Shown here piece after piece: positions 1 through 8,083 of a stretch of DNA of 61,212 nt. The translations under genes were made by a program, and so were the position numbers. A model generated the notes under the pieces. It did not search any database. It was not told the origin of the DNA and saw only the letters and a program-made list of their open reading frames with translations. How positions within the stretch are numbered: the stretch's first letter is position 1; each line of letters starts with the position of its first letter. Source of the stretch: an uncultured Bacilli bacterium (GTDB lineage: Bacteria; Bacillota_I; Bacilli_A; RFN20; CAG-449). The stretch lies in contig CANQWG010000004.1 of assembly GCA_947627505.1 (NCBI GenBank), positions 1-61,212 of the forward strand, in the 5' to 3' direction.

Positions 1-325
1 TGCCTTTATTCTAGACTTTTCTCTTACATCCTTTTTACACTTTATGAAACTGGAATTTACTTTTTCAATTCACGAAACAAAGATGATTTATAACATTTCA
101 AATATATGTGTGGCATTGTGATTGGTAATAATAATGAACATAAATATGACATTTTGGTTATTTTTAAGATTTCATTGATAAATCAAAGAAACATATGAGT
201 TTGATTCAGTAAATCCGATAAGAAATATATCAAAAAGATGTTTGAAGTTTTTCATCGTGAGCAAGTTCCACTTATGGTTGGCAAAGGACAATATCGAAAG
301 AAAAGGCCTAAAAAATAAATAACAT

Positions 326-419
326 AAAAAAAGAAAGTGCCACGAGCAATTAAGCCTCTTTCCGTGGGGGCTACAAGGACGAAAGCGGTAAACGCTAACA
401 CCGAGCCAAACACTTTCTG
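326..419 (-). ncRNA. Candidate small structured RNA (family not recognised)
   Basis: On the minus strand a strong promoter (TTGACT-18nt-TACAAT) lies just upstream. The 5' AGAAAGUG (plus 411-418) can pair with the 3' CACUUUCU (plus 332-339). That pairing encloses hairpins AGCG-UUUAC-CGCU and CCACG...CGUGG and an unpaired CCCCC run, and is followed by a U-tract (plus A-run 326-332). There is no ORF. Confidence 0.35.
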
Positions 420-424
420 CACCT

Positions 425-454
425 ATTGTACTCGAAATTTCAAATATAAGTCAA
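425..454 (-). promoter_or_regulatory. Sigma-A-type promoter for the candidate sRNA
   Basis: The reverse complement reads TTGACT (454-449), an 18-nt spacer, then TACAAT (430-425). Confidence 0.45.
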
Positions 455-509
455 TAAATTTGTTAATGCATGAAGGAAACAAATTGATATAGGGCGAATT
501 TATAGAAAA

Positions 510-537
510 TTGTCCTTTTAGAAAAATATTATAGAAT
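510..537 (+). promoter_or_regulatory. Possible rpmG promoter
   Basis: TTGTCC (510-515), a 16-nt spacer, then TAGAAT (532-537), about 55 nt upstream of the rpmG ATG. Confidence 0.3.
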
Positions 538-590
538 TTAAAAGATACCTATGTTAAGATAACTAACGGAAACAAGAAAGAGGTGTTAAG

Positions 591-743
591 ATGCCACGCG
601 AAAATATTATCTTGCGTTGTACTGAATGCGGTGATGAAAATTATATCGGCACTAAGAATAAGCGCACTCATCCTGATAGAAGAGAGATAAAGAAATACTG
701 CCCTAAATGCAATAAAATGACAGTACATAAGGAAAAGAAATAG
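591..743 (+). CDS. rpmG: 50S ribosomal protein L33
   Basis: A 50-aa ORF below the track cutoff: [50 protein letters not shown]. It has the CxxC...CxxC zinc-ribbon pattern typical of L33 and an AGAGGTG RBS upstream. Confidence 0.9.
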   Translation: MPRENIILRCTECGDENYIGTKNKRTHPDRREIKKYCPKCNKMTVHKEKK

Positions 744-761
744 AGCTGCGGCTCTTTTTTT
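742..761 (+). terminator. Short hairpin plus T-run after rpmG
   Basis: AGAGC-TGCG-GCTCT followed by TTTTTTT. The stem is only 5 bp. Confidence 0.4.
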
Positions 762-771
762 ATTTAAGGCT

Positions 772-1389
772 ATGTATCGATTATTTGAAAAAAACGATGA
801 TTTTGCTTCCAATATGTATCTAGTAAAGGGAAGTGAAGGAACGATTCTTATCGATCCGAGTTTTATAAGTCAACATCTTCTGGAATTATGCAAATCTTGG
901 GGCTCGATTAAAGCAATCATCATCACTCACGGGCATTATGATCATTTTAAAGCTTTGGAAGCTTATTTAAAAATATTTCCAGAAGCGATTGTATATCTTT
1001 TTAAACAAGAGCGAATCTTTTTTAATCCGCATCAAAATTGTTCTTGTCTTTTCAATGAACCGCATTTTTATGACGGCGATGTGACTTTTCTCGATGAAGG
1101 AACGATAACTATCGCGGGATTGAAATTAGAAATTATCGCTTTTAGTGGTCATAGCGAAGGGTCGATGGCGATTTTCAATAAAGAAGAACATGAACTTTTC
1201 GTCGGTGATTTCATCTTTAAGGATAGTGTCGGACGTTGCGACTTGAAAAGCGGATCATGGCCGAAGATGCAAGAATCATTAAAGCGGTTCAAGATGATGA
1301 ATTTTGATCCGCAAACTTTGATTTTATCAGGTCATGGACCGACAACCACTTATGATTATTTAATGAAAAATAATCCTTTTTTGCGTTAA
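772..1389 (+). CDS. MBL-fold metallo-hydrolase
   Basis: It carries the THGHYDH metal-binding motif and a later GHGP motif. Its ~200-aa length is typical of glyoxalase-II-like hydrolases. Confidence 0.8.
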   Translation: MYRLFEKNDDFASNMYLVKGSEGTILIDPSFISQHLLELCKSWGSIKAIIITHGHYDHFKALEAYLKIFPEAIVYLFKQERIFFNPHQNCSCLFNEPHFYDGDVTFLDEGTITIAGLKLEIIAFSGHSEGSMAIFNKEEHELFVGDFIFKDSVGRCDLKSGSWPKMQESLKRFKMMNFDPQTLILSGHGPTTTYDYLMKNNPFLR

Positions 1390-1429
1390 AAACCGAATTT
1401 CTTCTCATACTAAAAGCGGTGATTAAACG

Positions 1430-1843
1430 ATGAAAAAGGGTGAAATTATTTTAATTGCATTATTGAGTACGATTGTTTTTGGTGGCATGAATGAGGTTTA
1501 TTATCTCTTTAATTTTTCGCCGCTATCCTTAGGACATCTTCATCGAAGCATCGACAGTTACGAATGGTCGTTACTTTTAAGCGGTGTGGTGATTTTTGTC
1601 ATATGGTCGCTGATCGGTCTTTTTTTTAAACGTCTCATAATGCGCTTTGATAAAATGCGCTATTACTTTATCACGTCGATGATTATTTTCGTCATCATCA
1701 ATTTTTACTTACGGTATATGTGGGATGATTTTTTGATGATGAACTTACAAGGTGAAGTATGTTTGATGTCGAGCATAATTTTTTCGACATATCTTTTTTT
1801 CTATTCCATATATTATGGAAATGAAGTAAAATATAGGCGTTAG
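1430..1843 (+). CDS. Hypothetical integral membrane protein
   Basis: Four hydrophobic segments. No recognisable motif. Confidence 0.5.
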   Translation: MKKGEIILIALLSTIVFGGMNEVYYLFNFSPLSLGHLHRSIDSYEWSLLLSGVVIFVIWSLIGLFFKRLIMRFDKMRYYFITSMIIFVIINFYLRYMWDDFLMMNLQGEVCLMSSIIFSTYLFFYSIYYGNEVKYRR

Positions 1844-1855
1844 GAGATTTAATAA

Positions 1856-2413
1856 ATGATTATTGTCAATGATTTTAAACCCGGTAATACTTTTATTTAC
1901 GAGAACCAATTGTACACGGTTCTTGACATTCAACACAACAAGACAGCGATGCGCCAAATGATCGTTAAAGTGAAAGCCAAAAATTGCCGTACCGGAGCAA
2001 TTACCGATATTTCTTTTACCGGTGGCGATAAAGTTGAATTAGCTCATCTTGAAAAGAAAAAGATGTCTTATCTTTACGATGAAGGCGATGCGTTATGCTT
2101 CATGGATCAAGATACTTACGATCAAGTGTCGATTCCTAAAGAGCGCTTACAATGGGAATTGAACTTTATCAAAGAAGGCGAAGTTTTGGAAATCGTCGAT
2201 TATGAAGGAGAAATTCTCGGTATTAACTTGCCGGCAAAAGTAACTTTAAAAATCACTAAATGCGAACCGGCGATTCGTGGCGATACGGTTAACAAAGCGA
2301 TGAAAGATGCTTATCTTGAAACCGGTTTGAAAGTTAGAGTTCCCTTATTCGTTGAAGAGGGCGATGATATCATCGTTTTTACCGCTGACGGGACTTACGA
2401 TTCAAGAGCTTAA
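1856..2413 (+). CDS. efp: Translation elongation factor P
   Basis: 185 aa. The N-terminus (NDFKPGNTF...YTVLDIQH...) and overall pattern are EF-P-like. An AGGAG RBS lies upstream. Confidence 0.95.
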   Translation: MIIVNDFKPGNTFIYENQLYTVLDIQHNKTAMRQMIVKVKAKNCRTGAITDISFTGGDKVELAHLEKKKMSYLYDEGDALCFMDQDTYDQVSIPKERLQWELNFIKEGEVLEIVDYEGEILGINLPAKVTLKITKCEPAIRGDTVNKAMKDAYLETGLKVRVPLFVEEGDDIIVFTADGTYDSRA

Positions 2414-2452
2414 TAAAACATTTTAGAAATTTACATTAAATGGATAATTTGT

Positions 2453-2479
2453 ATGCGTCCTTAGGGGCGCATTTATTTT
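2453..2479 (+). terminator. Rho-independent terminator of efp
   Basis: ATGCGTCC-TTAG-GGGCGCAT followed by a T-rich run. Confidence 0.7.
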
Positions 2480-2585
2480 AAAAAGAGATGTATGCGTTTC
2501 TTGAGTGCGGTTGTAATTTCAGACTTATTATGTTATATTCTTTCAAGAAGAAAATGTATAAGTTAAACGTAAATTAGGAGCAAAA

Positions 2586-3458
2586 ATGATGCGTGGTTGG
2601 TTAGTGGTAAATCACTATCTTGATTCAAAAAAATTTTCAGAACTTTACGCGATGCTTTGTGAATCTGCCACAAAACTGAATGTAAGTTTAGAAATCAAAA
2701 CTACTGGCGAAATCATCTGTGAGGTTTCGTCTCGTTTTGCTATGTATTCATTGCCCGATTTTGTGATATTTTGGGATAAGGATATTTATGTGGCGCAAAG
2801 GCTAGAAAATGCCGGTATCAAAGTGTTTAATTCTTCAAAAGCGATCGAACTTTGCGACAATAAAATTTTAACTGCCATCAATCTTGAAAATAAGGTTAAA
2901 ACACCAAAGACCATCATCGCTCCACGAACTTTTGAAGGAATCGACTATCCTAAATTGGATTTTCTTGAATATGCGAAAAATACGCTTCATTTTCCGCTTG
3001 TGATCAAAGAAGCATATGGATCGTTTGGAAAGCAAGTGTATTTAGCTAATGATATGGACGAGGCATGTGCTATCATTAAAAGCCTTCATCATAAGGAATT
3101 TTTAATTCAGGAATTTATCGCGACTAGTCAAGGACGCGATGTGCGTGTCAATGTGGTAGGGCAAAAGGTAGTTTCATCGATGTTACGATATAATCCCGAT
3201 GATTTCCGCTCCAACATCACAAATGGCGGTAAGATGAAAACTTATCAATTAAATGAACAACAAAAAAACATCGCTCTTAAAGCGTGTGAAACTTTAGGTC
3301 TTGATTTTGCCGGAGTGGATCTTCTTTTTGGTGAAAACGATGAACCGCTTGTATGTGAAGTCAACTCTAATCCGCATTTTAAAAGTAGTTATATTTGTAC
3401 TGGCATCGACATGAGCCTTTACGTAATTGAGTATATCATTGAAAAACTAAAAGGATAA
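2586..3458 (+). CDS. RimK-family ATP-grasp ligase (paralogue 1)
   Basis: 290 aa. The layout is ATP-grasp: LVIKEAYGSFGKQV (P-loop-like), IQEFI, RVNVVG and CEVNSNPHF near the C-terminus. This resembles RimK/LysX-type alpha-L-glutamate ligases. Confidence 0.7.
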   Translation: MMRGWLVVNHYLDSKKFSELYAMLCESATKLNVSLEIKTTGEIICEVSSRFAMYSLPDFVIFWDKDIYVAQRLENAGIKVFNSSKAIELCDNKILTAINLENKVKTPKTIIAPRTFEGIDYPKLDFLEYAKNTLHFPLVIKEAYGSFGKQVYLANDMDEACAIIKSLHHKEFLIQEFIATSQGRDVRVNVVGQKVVSSMLRYNPDDFRSNITNGGKMKTYQLNEQQKNIALKACETLGLDFAGVDLLFGENDEPLVCEVNSNPHFKSSYICTGIDMSLYVIEYIIEKLKG

Positions 3459-3479
3459 ACGATAAGTTGGTTAAAAATT

Positions 3480-4286
3480 ATGAACGGATGGCTAATTTAC
3501 GATGAAATAGGGGCTAATCGTAACCGATGGTTCATCGATCGCTTGATAATGCTTGCTAAACAAAAAGGAATCAATTTGAAGCTCATATTAACTGCTGATA
3601 ATTGGAAGAACAATGATGAATTCACGAAGATTGATTTTGCTATTGTAAGAACCATTGATCCTTCGATAAATAGGTTTTTTGAAGATCTTGGTATTAGAAC
3701 TTTTAACAATTACGTTACTTCGTCAGTCGCTAACGATAAATGGAAAACATTTCAGGTGGCTAAAGGACTTTCAATCCCCACTATGGACACGGTATTGATC
3801 AGTGAAAAATTTAAACCATCAGTTTATCCGTTTGTACTAAAAAGTCGTAATGGACATGGCGGTAGTGAAGTGTATTTGATAAATGATGAATTTGAGTATC
3901 GAAAAAGACTTCAAAATATCAATCCGCAAAACTATATTGCCCAAAAAGTGAGCGACAAGATTGGTTTCGATATGCGAGTGTATGTTCTAAAAAATGAAAT
4001 TTTAGCGGCGATTTTGAGGCATTCATCTACCGATTTTCGCAGTAACTATTCATTAGGTGGCGAAGTTAGCGTCGCTCAAGTAGATAATGCCCAAACCCAA
4101 ATCGTCCAAAAGATAGTTTCTACTCTAAATTGCGATTTTGTCGGCATCGATTTTATAATGAATGATGAAACTTGGGTATTGAATGAAATCGAAGATGTCG
4201 TGGGGACAAGAATGCTTTATAAATGTACAGACATCGATGCGGGACAACTTTATATCGATTATATTTATGATGAAATGAGAAAATAG
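3480..4286 (+). CDS. RimK-family ATP-grasp ligase (paralogue 2, more divergent)
   Basis: 268 aa with the same architecture: VLKSRNGHGGSEV, AQKV, DMRVYVL, and FRSNYSLGG matching FRSNITNGG of paralogue 1. Confidence 0.65.
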   Translation: MNGWLIYDEIGANRNRWFIDRLIMLAKQKGINLKLILTADNWKNNDEFTKIDFAIVRTIDPSINRFFEDLGIRTFNNYVTSSVANDKWKTFQVAKGLSIPTMDTVLISEKFKPSVYPFVLKSRNGHGGSEVYLINDEFEYRKRLQNINPQNYIAQKVSDKIGFDMRVYVLKNEILAAILRHSSTDFRSNYSLGGEVSVAQVDNAQTQIVQKIVSTLNCDFVGIDFIMNDETWVLNEIEDVVGTRMLYKCTDIDAGQLYIDYIYDEMRK

Positions 4287-4464
4287 AGTGAAAAAATCAT
4301 AAAAATACGTATCGATTTCGATGAATTATTTAGCGGATAATTTGCAATTGTAATTTTTTTTAATGTCTTCAAAAATCGACATCTTATTTCTTTTCAAATT
4401 CTTATGATAAGAGTGTTCTTTTTCTGACGGAAAGAACGTATATCTAATGTGAGGAGGAGATATT

Positions 4465-4959
4465 ATGAATCGTCAAATTGTTGCTTTCTTATCATTGTTT
4501 TCCTTGGCTTTAGTACTTTCGATTTACTATGTGATGATTCCAAGCGGTATTTCAAATGATCAACCGGTCGAAAATCCGATAACCGAAGTGGCTGATGCTT
4601 CTAGTTTATTCTTTGAGGCCTTAATTCTAGAACGCGATCAACGCCACGAAGAAACGATTGAAGGACATACCGCGATTTTGACATCAACTGAGTACACTAA
4701 TGCCGAAAAAGCTACGGCTTTAGAAGCGATTGAAAACGAAAAATACATTCAAGAAACCGAAAATAAATTACAAGATGAGATAAAAGAGCTAGGATATCCG
4801 GCGTGTTTTGTCGAAATGAGAGGCGATATGATCAATGTTTTGGCATATATGAAAGACGCTACGAAGCAAGAGCAAAAACGTTCGGCTAGTCAAATCATTT
4901 TTACCGTTCAAAGTATCCTAGAAACTGAATGTGATTTAGTCGTTGAATTCCAAAGTTAA
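4465..4959 (+). CDS. spoIIIAH: SpoIIIAH-like sporulation protein
   Basis: An N-terminal TM (LSLALVLSIYYVM), a central charged helical region and a C-terminal YscJ/FliF-like part (GYPACFVEMRGDMINV...VVEF) resemble B. subtilis SpoIIIAH as I remember it. A GAGGAGG RBS lies upstream. Confidence 0.5.
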   Translation: MNRQIVAFLSLFSLALVLSIYYVMIPSGISNDQPVENPITEVADASSLFFEALILERDQRHEETIEGHTAILTSTEYTNAEKATALEAIENEKYIQETENKLQDEIKELGYPACFVEMRGDMINVLAYMKDATKQEQKRSASQIIFTVQSILETECDLVVEFQS

Positions 4960-5015
4960 ACTTGATATAAACGTTGAAATAATATATCATAATGAATATT
5001 AAGGAGACGTTATAA

Positions 5016-5222
5016 ATGGAGTGGTTATTATATTTAGTTTTAGGTCTAATCGGTGGACTTGCTATTGGATTTTTCGGGGCTAGGGCGCTTTTTAAAAAGC
5101 AATTGCGCGACAATCCGCCGATCAACGAAAAAATGATAAGGGCAATGTACATGCAGATGGGACGTAAACCTTCAGAAGCGCAGATACGCGCGACGATCAA
5201 AGCGATGAATGACGCTAAATAA
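5016..5222 (+). CDS. yneF: YneF family (UPF0154) small membrane protein
   Basis: 68 aa with an N-terminal TM, then NPPINEKMIRAMYMQMGRKPSE, which is the hallmark of the family. Confidence 0.8.
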   Translation: MEWLLYLVLGLIGGLAIGFFGARALFKKQLRDNPPINEKMIRAMYMQMGRKPSEAQIRATIKAMNDAK

Positions 5223-5243
5223 AAGCCTTAAATGGCTTTTTTT
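5221..5243 (+). terminator. Terminator of yneF
   Basis: AAAGCC-TTAAAT-GGCTTT plus a T-run. Confidence 0.6.
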
Positions 5244-5248
5244 AGCAT

Positions 5249-5287
5249 AAAAAAAGGGTAAAGATAAAATAATCGTACCCTTTTTTA
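5249..5287. terminator. Bidirectional hairpin between yneF and plsY
   Basis: AGGGTA...15 nt...TACCCT, flanked by an A-run on the left and a T-run on the right. Confidence 0.5.
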
Positions 5288-5321
5288 ATGGTTATTTTTT
5301 TACTTGATATACCAAAATACA

Positions 5322-5347
5322 ACTAAATATCTACTAAAATAATACTA
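5322..5347 (-). repeat. Degenerate copy of the phased ACTAA element
   Basis: ACTAAATATCTACTAAAATAATACTA matches 22 of 26 positions of 15831-15856. The plsY TAG stop (5345-5347) sits at the same repeat position as the stop in the 15.8-kb copy. Confidence 0.3.
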
Positions 5348-6001
5348 TTTCATCCAAGTTATCTTTCTTTCTTCGTGGTGGATGAGGCGGATGATATTTT
5401 GATGATGACGAATCACGATATAGATAGCAATCGCGACGATGCAAAGGGCATAAGAAATATCATAACCCATTCCGAAGTTCATTCCATATGCGACAAAGGG
5501 AATAAAGGAGATGGCCGCTATTGCTAATGAGGCTAAAATCGAAGCGAGTGAAACATATTTTTTTAATTTTAAAACAATCATAAAAATGGTGATACCAATG
5601 AGTGATAACATCCAATTGGTGCCAAGAAGAAAGCCACCGAAAGAAGATACTGCTTTGCCACCTTTGAAGCCGGCAAAGATCGGAAAAGTGTGTCCGATGA
5701 TCGCTCCGATTCCCGCGATATAGTAGGTAAGAGGTAAAATCGCCGTTTCTTTTAAAGGTGTTAACGTCAAAACGAAGAAAGCAATCCACATCGGCAGAAT
5801 GCATTTTAATACATCTAAAGCAATCACGATTAAACCGACTTTTTTACCGAGTACACGTCCGGCATTGGTGCCACCGGCGTTATGAGAGCCTTGTTCGCGG
5901 ACATCGACTCCAAAAAAGGTTTTTCCAATCACGACAGCACTTGGAAAAGATCCAAATAAATAGCCCATCAATAACGCGGCAAATAAAATTAAATAATTCA
6001 C
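5345..6001 (-). CDS. plsY: Glycerol-3-phosphate acyltransferase PlsY
   Basis: 218 aa, polytopic. The N-terminus GYLFGSFPSAVVIGK...GSHNAGGTNAGRVLGKK is typical PlsY. Confidence 0.9.
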   Translation of the reverse strand: MNYLILFAALLMGYLFGSFPSAVVIGKTFFGVDVREQGSHNAGGTNAGRVLGKKVGLIVIALDVLKCILPMWIAFFVLTLTPLKETAILPLTYYIAGIGAIIGHTFPIFAGFKGGKAVSSFGGFLLGTNWMLSLIGITIFMIVLKLKKYVSLASILASLAIAAISFIPFVAYGMNFGMGYDISYALCIVAIAIYIVIRHHQNIIRLIHHEERKITWMK

Positions 6002-6054
6002 TTAATAAAACCTCATTTCTAATAAAATTACATCTACATTCTATATAAATAATG

Positions 6055-6083
6055 TGGAAATATAAAGCCTTTTTTGATATAAT
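6055..6083 (+). promoter_or_regulatory. Possible parE promoter with extended -10
   Basis: TGGAAA, a 17-nt spacer, then TGATATAAT (TG-extended TATAAT at 6078-6083). Confidence 0.4.
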
Positions 6084-6118
6084 CAAAAAGTGTGTGTAAC
6101 GTGCGATTGGAGGTTTCA

Positions 6119-8083
6119 ATGAGTAGTAATATACAAAGTAAATACGATAAGACATCGATCAAAAAACTTAAAGGGTTAGATCCTGTTAGAATGCGTCCTG
6201 GTATGTATATCGGTTCGACAGACTACATGGGTACTCACCATTTAGTTTGGGAAGTAGTCGACAACGCAGTCGACGAAGCGATGGTCGGTTATGGTAATAA
6301 AATTTATGTCACTTTACATGACGATGGATCATGTTCGGTTCGCGATGAAGGTAGAGGAATTCCTTGCGGTTACAATGAAGAAGAGAAAATGGAAGCTTTG
6401 GATTTGGTATTTCGCGAACTTCATGCTGGCGGTAAATTCGACGATTCTAACTACAAAGAATCCGCAGGTTTACATGGTGTCGGTGCGGCATGTACCAACG
6501 CTTTATCCGAATATGTCGAAATTAAAATATATCGCGATGGGCGCGAATATTATTGCAAATATAGCGATGGCGGTCGCAAAAGTACCGGAGTTAAAGAAGT
6601 AGGACCGACTACAAAAAGAGGCACTTATATCCGCTTTAAACCGAGTACCGAAGTGTTGACCGACGTAACGTTTCGCTATGAATTAATCGCGGAGCATCTC
6701 AATAATTCGGCGTGTCAGGTGCCGGGCGTTCACTTTTACTTATCCGATGAAAGAACTAAAACCAAGGAAGAATTTTTCTATCAAAACGGCATCAGTGAAT
6801 ATCTTGCTAAAATCAACGAAGGAAAAGAGCAGATTACACCGGTAATCACCTTCAAAGACGATTCACAAGAAATCAAAGTTGAGATCGCTTTTCAATTTTT
6901 AGAAAACGATTATAGCGAACATTTATATTCATTCGCCAACACCGTTTTTACTCCAAATGAGGGCAGTCACGTTAGAGGGTATCGTTCAGGTTTAACCAAA
7001 GCTTTCAACGATTACGCTAGTGCCAATGGCATAATCAAAGGCGAAAATAAATTGGACGGAGGCGACATTCGCGAAGGACTTTCGATAGTGGTATCGGTTA
7101 AAGTTCCTGAAAAACTCATTCAATTTGAAGGTCAAACCAAGGGAAAACTTGGAACCCCAAGCGCTGCTTTTGCCGTTGAGAATGTGATGTGCGATAAAAT
7201 GCGATCTTTCCTAGATGAAAACAAGACATATGCCACCAAGATTATGGCAAAAATTTTAAACGCTCAGAAAACGCGACTTGCCGCGAGAACCGTGCGCGAT
7301 GAAATGCGCGGCAAAGGAACCAAAAACAGTGAAAAAACCACCTTGCTTTTATCGGGTAAACTGGTGCCACCACAATCGAAAGATTATCGCCATTGCGAAC
7401 TATTCATCGTCGAAGGGGATTCCGCCGGCGGTTCGGCTAAAAAGTGCCGCGATCGGCGCTATCAAGGACTTTTGCCACTTCGCGGCAAACCAAAAAATAT
7501 CTCCAACGAAGCTGAAGATGCGTTTATGAAAAACGAAGAATTGTCGACTTTAGCGTATACGATCGGGACCGGCGTCGATAAAAATTTCAATATCAAAGAT
7601 TTGCATTACGATAAAATTATCATTATGACCGATGCTGATACCGATGGCGCTCACATTCAAAACTTGCTCATTAATTTCTTCTTTCTGAAGATGCTTCCGT
7701 TAATTGAAACGGGACATATATATATTGCTTGTCCGCCGTTATATCGAGTTTCTAAAATGGTCGGCAAAAAGACGATCGAAGAGTTTGTTTGGACCGACGA
7801 TGAATTGGCGGCAGCCAAAAAGAAAATCGGCGCCAATGCCGTCGTTTCGCGTTACAAAGGATTAGGTGAAATGGATGCCGATCAATTGTGGCGGACGACG
7901 ATGGATCCTAAAACCCGCAAATTGATTCGCGTTTCGATTCCCGATTTTGAATCAGCCCGCAGCAAAGTCAATCTTTTCATGGGCAAAGATGCGGCTCCGC
8001 GTTCAAGATGGATCAATGAAAACGTCGATTTTTCAAATAAAGATGATAATTTCAAATTGGAGGTAAACATCGATGAGCAGTAA
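6119..8083 (+). CDS. parE: DNA topoisomerase IV subunit B
   Basis: Type IIA B-subunit motifs: GLDPVRMRPGMYIGS, EVVDNAVDEA, the Toprim ELFIVEGDSAGGSAK, and IMTDADTDGAHI. I started it at ATG 6119 behind a GGAGG RBS rather than at the track start of 6092. I call it ParE rather than GyrB because of the plsY-parE-parC neighbourhood known from B. subtilis. Confidence 0.8.
   Translation: MSSNIQSKYDKTSIKKLKGLDPVRMRPGMYIGSTDYMGTHHLVWEVVDNAVDEAMVGYGNKIYVTLHDDGSCSVRDEGRGIPCGYNEEEKMEALDLVFRELHAGGKFDDSNYKESAGLHGVGAACTNALSEYVEIKIYRDGREYYCKYSDGGRKSTGVKEVGPTTKRGTYIRFKPSTEVLTDVTFRYELIAEHLNNSACQVPGVHFYLSDERTKTKEEFFYQNGISEYLAKINEGKEQITPVITFKDDSQEIKVEIAFQFLENDYSEHLYSFANTVFTPNEGSHVRGYRSGLTKAFNDYASANGIIKGENKLDGGDIREGLSIVVSVKVPEKLIQFEGQTKGKLGTPSAAFAVENVMCDKMRSFLDENKTYATKIMAKILNAQKTRLAARTVRDEMRGKGTKNSEKTTLLLSGKLVPPQSKDYRHCELFIVEGDSAGGSAKKCRDRRYQGLLPLRGKPKNISNEAEDAFMKNEELSTLAYTIGTGVDKNFNIKDLHYDKIIIMTDADTDGAHIQNLLINFFFLKMLPLIETGHIYIACPPLYRVSKMVGKKTIEEFVWTDDELAAAKKKIGANAVVSRYKGLGEMDADQLWRTTMDPKTRKLIRVSIPDFESARSKVNLFMGKDAAPRSRWINENVDFSNKDDNFKLEVNIDEQ

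Noticed and set aside
326-419. The candidate sRNA as SRP (4.5S) RNA
   Set aside because: It shares short strings with E. coli 4.5S (GUUUACC, UGUAGC, CCCCCAC) and has paired termini. It lacks the essential domain IV sequence (CAGG.CCGGAAGGAAGCAGC with a GGAA tetraloop).
549-812. 87-aa minus-strand ORF overlapping rpmG. The same class of 60-105-aa ORFs nested in other genes includes 1745-1957, 3497-3709, 4901-5200, 6291-6602, 7278-7529, 9944-10171, 11082-11369, 18023-18435, 20300-20702, 23375-23683, 30945-31202, 33432-33798, 38511-38729, 52256-52522 and 54249-54823.
   Set aside because: Each lies inside, or antisense to, a CDS with strong family motifs. Their translations are compositionally odd, and none has a convincing RBS.
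5460-6155. Track ORFs overlapping plsY (5460-5804, 5511-5723, 5758-6048, 5880-6155)
   Set aside because: These are shadow ORFs in alternative frames or antisense to a clearly recognisable plsY. They have no RBS and no recognisable motifs.
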